From a virus (taxonomy: Duplodnaviria > Caudoviricetes), in the IMG/VR virus record IMGVR_UViG_3300033481_000004, positions 1 to 39,739 of that record: DNA of 39,739 nt. One strand, 5' to 3'. Positions 34,652 through 39,739 of the stretch are shown one piece after another (positions within the stretch are counted from its first letter, which is position 1; every line of letters begins with the position of its first letter). Below the pieces are notes generated by a model. It was given only the letters and a program-made list of their open reading frames with translations. It searched no databases and was not told where the DNA came from. The position numbers and the translations under genes are program-made.

Positions 34652-35635
34652 ATGAATTACGACATTGAACTGAACGCAAATGACAGTTCGGTACTTGAAA
34701 CACAATACGCATTTACACAAGGGGATTACGGGCAGATTCAATTCAGTATCAGGGTGAAAACGGATGGCGTATACGTTACAAACGCACAGCGGGCATACAT
34801 TGTCTTTACACTTCCCAATGGCTACGTTGTAACCGGAGCTGATATGTCTAAAAGCGTTGCGACATATACATACCCATTTCAGGGTAGCGAATTACAGGTA
34901 CCTGGGATAATACTAGCCGATGTAAAACTCGTTTACACTAACGGGCAAATATCGTCTAATAAATTTTCTTTTATTTGCCGGTATGATCCATTGCATGATA
35001 AGTCATTTAATGCCGGCCCATACATTTCACAGCTACAACAGATTGTAGATGACGGGCAGGCAAAGATAGATTATTTACAATCGCTCATTGAAATATTGCA
35101 GACCGATGTCGGCGGAACGCCAGTAATGAGAAGCGATCTACACAATACACGTGATGCTGTTGCTGCAGGAACAAAAGCCGTTGACGCAAATATGGCGCAA
35201 AACATTTTACTCAAAGGTGACGTAACACATCAAAATGAAAACGATGCAAATAAAATTGTGGCAGCAGATGCTTTATATGCTGTAAAGACAAATTTACAAG
35301 GACAAATTGATACAACAGATGAAGAATTAACAACAATAACTAATAGCTTGACGGCATTAAATGCAAAGGAAATACAGTTTAAACCGAGCGTTAGCCCGGT
35401 TTTTGCATCAACAAATGACTTAGCTAGTGGCGCCGAAGTAATGTTTACTGTCACATTTGACAAAGCATTTAGTTCTGCTCCAACGGTTAATTTTACCTTG
35501 CGAGCAAATGGTGACAATTTTTTAACACAGGTAAACAGTATTTCAACAACCGGATTTACCGGATATATTCGAAATCCGTTTTCAACCGCAAAAGCAGTAA
35601 GCAGTGTCAGCTTATGCTATATTGCAATGTGCTAA
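34652..35635 (+). CDS. Receptor-binding/tail fibre protein (BppU-like N-terminus, H-type-lectin/gp53-like C-terminus)
   Basis: FTQGDYG N-terminus; C-terminal VTFDKAFSSAPTV...ISTTGF...YIAM. Confidence 0.75.
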   Translation: MNYDIELNANDSSVLETQYAFTQGDYGQIQFSIRVKTDGVYVTNAQRAYIVFTLPNGYVVTGADMSKSVATYTYPFQGSELQVPGIILADVKLVYTNGQISSNKFSFICRYDPLHDKSFNAGPYISQLQQIVDDGQAKIDYLQSLIEILQTDVGGTPVMRSDLHNTRDAVAAGTKAVDANMAQNILLKGDVTHQNENDANKIVAADALYAVKTNLQGQIDTTDEELTTITNSLTALNAKEIQFKPSVSPVFASTNDLASGAEVMFTVTFDKAFSSAPTVNFTLRANGDNFLTQVNSISTTGFTGYIRNPFSTAKAVSSVSLCYIAMC

Positions 35636-35646
35636 ATTGCTATTTA
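35633..35646. repeat. TAAA-N6-TTTA boundary motif at end of tail fibre gene
   Basis: TAAA TTGCTA TTTA, begins at the stop codon. Confidence 0.6.
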
Positions 35647-35722
35647 CTAAACTAAATATATTTGTAAACTGTAGTCCCGACAGGGGGGCTTATTTTTATG
35701 CCAAAAGGCAGAAAGGAATCTC

Positions 35723-36106
35723 ATGAGCGATATCGAAAAGATCCAATTTGGCGAACAGACATTTGATCTGGTAGCTGATGGCACAAACCTCAATAACAAC
35801 GGTGGGTCTATTACATTTAGAATCGGAAGCTCAGATTTTAATGTAATAAAAGCCAACTTAAAACTCAACAAAGATATTACGCAAATCAATGTATCTGGAA
35901 AAATTGATTGGAGCAGATCTGATTTGGTTTACGCAGGACGGTTATCAAACATTGAAAATTATGATATAGGCGCAGGCATAAAAGAAGATGTGCTTATAGC
36001 AGAATTCCGGTTGCCAGATACAAGAGAAAAAGTAAAAGACAATGAAGCTAAAATAGCTTATCTATCAATGATGTTAGATGTTGACATGGAGGTGATGGCA
36101 TTATGA
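35723..36106 (+). CDS. Hypothetical tail-associated protein (XkdW-like position)
   Basis: C-terminal AKIAYLSMMLDVDM; precedes XkdX. Confidence 0.7.
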   Translation: MSDIEKIQFGEQTFDLVADGTNLNNNGGSITFRIGSSDFNVIKANLKLNKDITQINVSGKIDWSRSDLVYAGRLSNIENYDIGAGIKEDVLIAEFRLPDTREKVKDNEAKIAYLSMMLDVDMEVMAL

Positions 36107-36243
36107 ACAGCCCACATTATGAAGAGGTAAAAGGATATTACGACACAGGCAGATGGTCGAAAAAAATGGTATGGAATGCCGTAGGGCGTTGGATTACCCC
36201 AGAAGAGTATAAACTGATTACTGGTGAAGAGTACGTAAAATGA
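36103..36243 (+). CDS. XkdX-family protein, 46 aa (absent from ORF track)
   Basis: YEEVKGYYDTGRWSKKMVWNAVGRWITPEEYKLITGEEY. Confidence 0.88.
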   Translation: MNSPHYEEVKGYYDTGRWSKKMVWNAVGRWITPEEYKLITGEEYVK

Positions 36244-36266
36244 GAGAAAGCATGAGGAACAATAAA

Positions 36267-36689
36267 ATGAAAGAAAAGACCGCTTGCATCGTATTTGGAG
36301 CAATCGCTACGGCAGGAGTTAAAATTTTTGGTGGGTGGACACCTACACTTAATGTAGTCTTAATTATGATGGGAATTGATATGCTACTTGGCACAGCTGT
36401 TGCTTTTTTTTACTCTAACTCACCTAAGACTGAAAGCGGAGCGGCAAGTTCAGGAGCAATGCTTAAAGGCATTGTAAAAAAATTCGGAATGGTATGTGTA
36501 ATAGCCGCGTCACACCAAATTGATATAGCACTTGGCGTTAATTATGTAATGCTCGCTACGGTATACGGATTTATTGCAAACGAAGCACTATCTATTATTG
36601 AAAACGCCGGATTAATGGGAATCGTAAAGTCAGATTTACTCATGAATGCAATAGAGATACTTAAAAACAAGTCAAATAAGGCTGAATAA
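36267..36689 (+). CDS. Holin (phage holin 4 family)
   Basis: FGGW...ID...G..KK...NEALSIIENAGLMG; alternative start 36252. Confidence 0.9.
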   Translation: MKEKTACIVFGAIATAGVKIFGGWTPTLNVVLIMMGIDMLLGTAVAFFYSNSPKTESGAASSGAMLKGIVKKFGMVCVIAASHQIDIALGVNYVMLATVYGFIANEALSIIENAGLMGIVKSDLLMNAIEILKNKSNKAE

Positions 36690-36738
36690 GCATGAGGGTC
36701 GGGGTTATGCTCGACCCTTTTTAATTGGAGGAATATAA

Positions 36739-37578
36739 ATGAGCGCAGAGAAAAATAGGCAGGCGGTATGTGATAAATACGGCACTATAATAGGACGTAA
36801 TATCTATAACCAAGACTTACGCGACTACTGTTATAATAAATATAAAGACGGCAAGTATTACAGTGATTGCAGCAGTTCAATAAGTTATTCTTACAAAGAA
36901 TCAGGGTATGGATTCGGAATACTCAACACAGCAGGAATGTACACCTCATACAAACTTGCGACTGTTGACGCAGACATAGCAGACGGCATTCCAGATGCTT
37001 CCAGGCTACGCCCTGGTGATATGTTGCTATTCGCTGGAACAGACGCGAGCAGGCCCCTTAAAATCGGTCATGTTGAAATGTACTGCGGTAATGGTATTAT
37101 TTGCGGGCATGGAAGCGGGAACCCATCTTATAAGGATCTTGTGGCATACTGCCGTAGTCGTTATAATTCGTTTGCTCTTGGCGGTTGGCGCAAAGGCCTT
37201 GTATGTGTGAGAAGATACATACAGGACGATGTGACACAGCAACCGGAACCAGTTAAAAAGTCAGGCTGGGAAAAGCAACCGGACGGCTGGCGTTTTTTCC
37301 TTGGTAATACTGGTGAACCGGTACGCAATAGCTGGTACTTGGATACTGATGGCAAGTGGTACTGGTTTAATGCCGCAGGAATCATGGTAACAAATGTCTG
37401 GTATCAATATGAGGGCGGCTGGTATTACCTTGGAGAAGATGGAGCCATGGTTAAGGGACTAAAGTACATTGACGGCAAGTTCTATTACCTGGACGAAAAT
37501 GGCAGAATGGCAACCAAAGAAATCACGTTTACTCCTGACAACAACGGAGCATTGAAATATCCAGAAATGGCATTATAA
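36739..37578 (+). CDS. Endolysin (NlpC/P60-like peptidase + cell-wall-binding repeats)
   Basis: SDCSS, LRPGDMLLF, GHVEMY; WYYLGEDGAM-type repeats. Confidence 0.9.
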   Translation: MSAEKNRQAVCDKYGTIIGRNIYNQDLRDYCYNKYKDGKYYSDCSSSISYSYKESGYGFGILNTAGMYTSYKLATVDADIADGIPDASRLRPGDMLLFAGTDASRPLKIGHVEMYCGNGIICGHGSGNPSYKDLVAYCRSRYNSFALGGWRKGLVCVRRYIQDDVTQQPEPVKKSGWEKQPDGWRFFLGNTGEPVRNSWYLDTDGKWYWFNAAGIMVTNVWYQYEGGWYYLGEDGAMVKGLKYIDGKFYYLDENGRMATKEITFTPDNNGALKYPEMAL

Positions 37579-37582
37579 TTAC

Positions 37583-37614
37583 AAGGCGGTTTCCTTATTG
37601 GAGCCGCCTTTTTT
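37583..37614 (+). terminator. Late operon terminator
   Basis: AAGGCGGTTTC...GGAGCCGCCTT then T run. Confidence 0.8.
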
Positions 37615-37686
37615 ATTTTGCCGGTTAGTCTACGATTCCCATACATTACCAATTAAAAAAACGTTACGGAATGATATTATATCAGT

Positions 37687-37887
37687 ATGAAAATACTGCT
37701 TGATGATTACATGAAAAATAATAACCTGACAGAGCGGCAATTAAGTATAATGACTGGTGTTCCGCAAAGTACAATTAACGGAATCAGGAACGGAGCAATG
37801 CCAAGAGCTGACACCATTGAACGGTTAGCAGCCGGATTAAATTTAATGATAAATGACCTTGTAGATTCCCCGTATTTAAAAAAGTGA
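37687..37887 (+). CDS. Small XRE-family HTH protein
   Basis: LTERQLSIMTGVPQSTINGI...PRADTIERLAAGL. Confidence 0.85.
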   Translation: MKILLDDYMKNNNLTERQLSIMTGVPQSTINGIRNGAMPRADTIERLAAGLNLMINDLVDSPYLKK

Positions 37888-37965
37888 ACGGTTTGCCGTT
37901 CAAGACGAGACAAATGTAAAAAAAAGGTATATTATATACATAATAAACAAGGAGGTTATGGGGGA

Positions 37966-38127
37966 ATGGCTGCAGAAGATGAAAAAGTATGGAAGATTTA
38001 CAAAAGTATTTTAATGCTAACAGATGAAGAATTTGAATCTTTGCGTAATACCTTGGACAACATGCGTGACCAATATGTTAGTAATTTAATATTAATTGCA
38101 AATGAAAAACGTAAATCTTTATACTGA
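37966..38127 (+). CDS. Hypothetical 53-aa protein (absent from ORF track)
   Basis: AAGGAGG upstream; MAAEDEKVWKIYKSILMLTDEEFE...; followed by hairpin 38136-38170. Confidence 0.55.
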   Translation: MAAEDEKVWKIYKSILMLTDEEFESLRNTLDNMRDQYVSNLILIANEKRKSLY

Positions 38128-38336
38128 ATACAATGAAAATAGAGTGTGCTTAATCAACACACTCTATTTCGTTGTCAATGCCTACCATTCGTCAACCCTG
38201 TGCAAATGTTACTATATGGCTTATTATGTTACAATATAATTATATATTTATTTGTTTCCTTTTAAACCTTAAATATTTGATTGATTTTATGCCATTAATC
38301 GGCATTTTAAAACCTAATACAATATGATAGCCATAA

Positions 38337-38351
38337 ACGACACATGTTGAA
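38337..38351 (+). repeat. attR core
   Basis: ACGACACATGTTGAA, 13/15 identical to attL. Confidence 0.8.
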
Positions 38352-38402
38352 GCGGTGATAATGATGACGTATTGCGGTTTGAACAAGAAAAACAGGGGTT
38401 AG
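38337..38402 (+). pseudogene. Displaced 3' end of rlmD
   Basis: Reads TTHVEAVIMMTYCGLNKKNRG*, parallel to TTHIETICLL at attL. Confidence 0.75.
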
Positions 38403-38440
38403 ACCACAAGATGTTGTGGTTTTTGACTGAAAAATGAGCA

Positions 38441-38482
38441 AAAAATGGGGCTAAAAAATGCGATTTTTAGCCCCGTTTTTTT
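38441..38482. terminator. Bidirectional intrinsic terminator
   Basis: AAAAATGGGGCTAAAAA...TTTTTAGCCCCGTTTTTT. Confidence 0.75.
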
Positions 38483-38556
38483 GGCACTTCCACGGATGAC
38501 ATAGGATAGTTGAAGGCAAAATCGGTCCAAATTGTTTTTATAGATAGGAAAAAGTA

Positions 38557-38632
<76 letters not shown>

Positions 38633-39204
38633 AAACGGTAAGCCGCAGGTATGAACGCTTGTGGCTTAAATCATAATTTATAGGGACGGGACACTTGATA
38701 GATCAAGGTAAAAAAAGGTATATTTTTCAATTTTAATATGGGTCATTGTCTGACGACGCACTAAGGCAGTGAAATATAAATCATACGGTATGCACGAGGA
38801 TCATCTTCATATAGGCAGGGGTGACAATGACAGCAACCCGTATGAACAAATTTCATAAGCTTTTCATACGTTGAAAATACTGATTAACAAAACATGCAAT
38901 AATGGATGGGCCTAATACATTTTCAAAATAACGAAAAGTACCGTTAGAGGATATTTTATTATCTTGCTTAGCAAGAAAAGGTTTTACCACCAATTTGGAA
39001 CTCCGTTGATATTTAAAACAAAAAGGATAAATCTATGGAAATTCCAAACAAAACTATTTACAATAATTGAAATGATTAAACCACGATTTTGCGGCAGACT
39101 ATAACACGCTTAGTTCCAATTTTACGAAGGAGCAGGGCGTGTTTTTATATCCAAAAACAGAAATGGAGTAATACAAGTGGTAACTAACTATCGTAAGCGC
39201 TTAC

Positions 39205-39304
39205 GATAGTTGAAGGCAAAATCTTTCCAAAGTGCTTTTAGAGATAGGGTAAAGGATGGGATATACCTCTGCAAGGTGAACGCTTAAATGCCGTTCAAGA
39301 GGTC
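39205..39304 (+). pseudogene. Decayed duplicate of 38505-38604 including 5' part of tRNA-Ala
   Basis: GATAGTTGAAGGCAAAATC...CGCTTAAATGCCGTTCAAGAGGTC aligns at 700-bp offset; T arm lost. Confidence 0.7.
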
Positions 39305-39739
39305 CACTTTCGCTTGAATTTTAGCAACAGATATGACTGCTCGTGGCTATTGTTTTCACTTATATGGCTGGGACACTTGGTAAATCAGGGATAGAAATTA
39401 AAGGGTATGTTTTCAGTGATGAGAATGTGCCTTATTTTATTTGTCGTTTTCATGGCTGATTATGTATTATAGAAGATATGTAAAGGTGACAATTTGATAT
39501 CATAATATGTAAATATCTGTAATACGAGACAGTGAGGATAAAGATATTTAAGGTAATAAATATCGTGAATTAAATTATGGAGAAGAATCTGATAATAGAA
39601 TAATGAATTACGCTTATTTAATTGAATAATTGTAAGCGCTACATAAAGAAGCGTATTGATCTTTCTGAATTTTTCACCTCTGAAAAAATCAAATAGTACC
39701 ATTATTCAAGCCACAAGATTTTTGCATTGCATCTGACCA

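Larger units (their letters stand above)
95..38351. mobile_element. Complete temperate prophage (siphovirus, HK97-type head), ~38.2 kb, integrated in rlmD
   Basis: Full integrase-to-lysin gene order bounded by imperfect direct repeats at 95-109 and 38337-38351. Confidence 0.93.

Noticed and set aside
37885-37902. LexA/SOS box
   Set aside because: GAAC and GTTC are 8 bp apart rather than the 4 bp of Firmicutes SOS boxes
38403-38420. ACCACAAGATGTTGTGGT resembling an NrdR box
   Set aside because: Single copy with no nucleotide-reductase gene or promoter context visible
39460-39702. 80-aa minus-strand ORF
   Set aside because: AT-rich low-information sequence, no clear RBS or motif

Overview
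The window holds an apparently complete ~38.2 kb temperate siphovirus prophage (about 95-38351). The host is probably Clostridia/Lachnospiraceae-like (inferred). The phage sits in the 3' end of an rlmD/TrmA-family RNA methyltransferase gene. Module order: tyrosine integrase, membrane protein, CI-like repressor, then rightwards excisionase-like HTHs, antirepressor, small early genes, recombination, replication, a DNA-modification/accessory block, late activator, morons, HK97-type head, tail, holin and endolysin. Beyond attR lie the displaced rlmD 3' end and two decayed tRNA-Ala copies. The least explained signals are non-coding. (1) A 14-bp motif TAAA-N6-TTTA sits exactly at the ends of accessory genes and of the tail-fibre gene, suggesting a site-specific gene-cassette exchange system. 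(2) A ~280-nt structured late-leader RNA has four CCCC-loop hairpins, tRNA-like modules and an anti-SD tract. (3) A shared leader hairpin enclosing two palindromes precedes two DNA-modification-type genes. All product calls come from motif recognition by eye; no database searches or folding programs were run.
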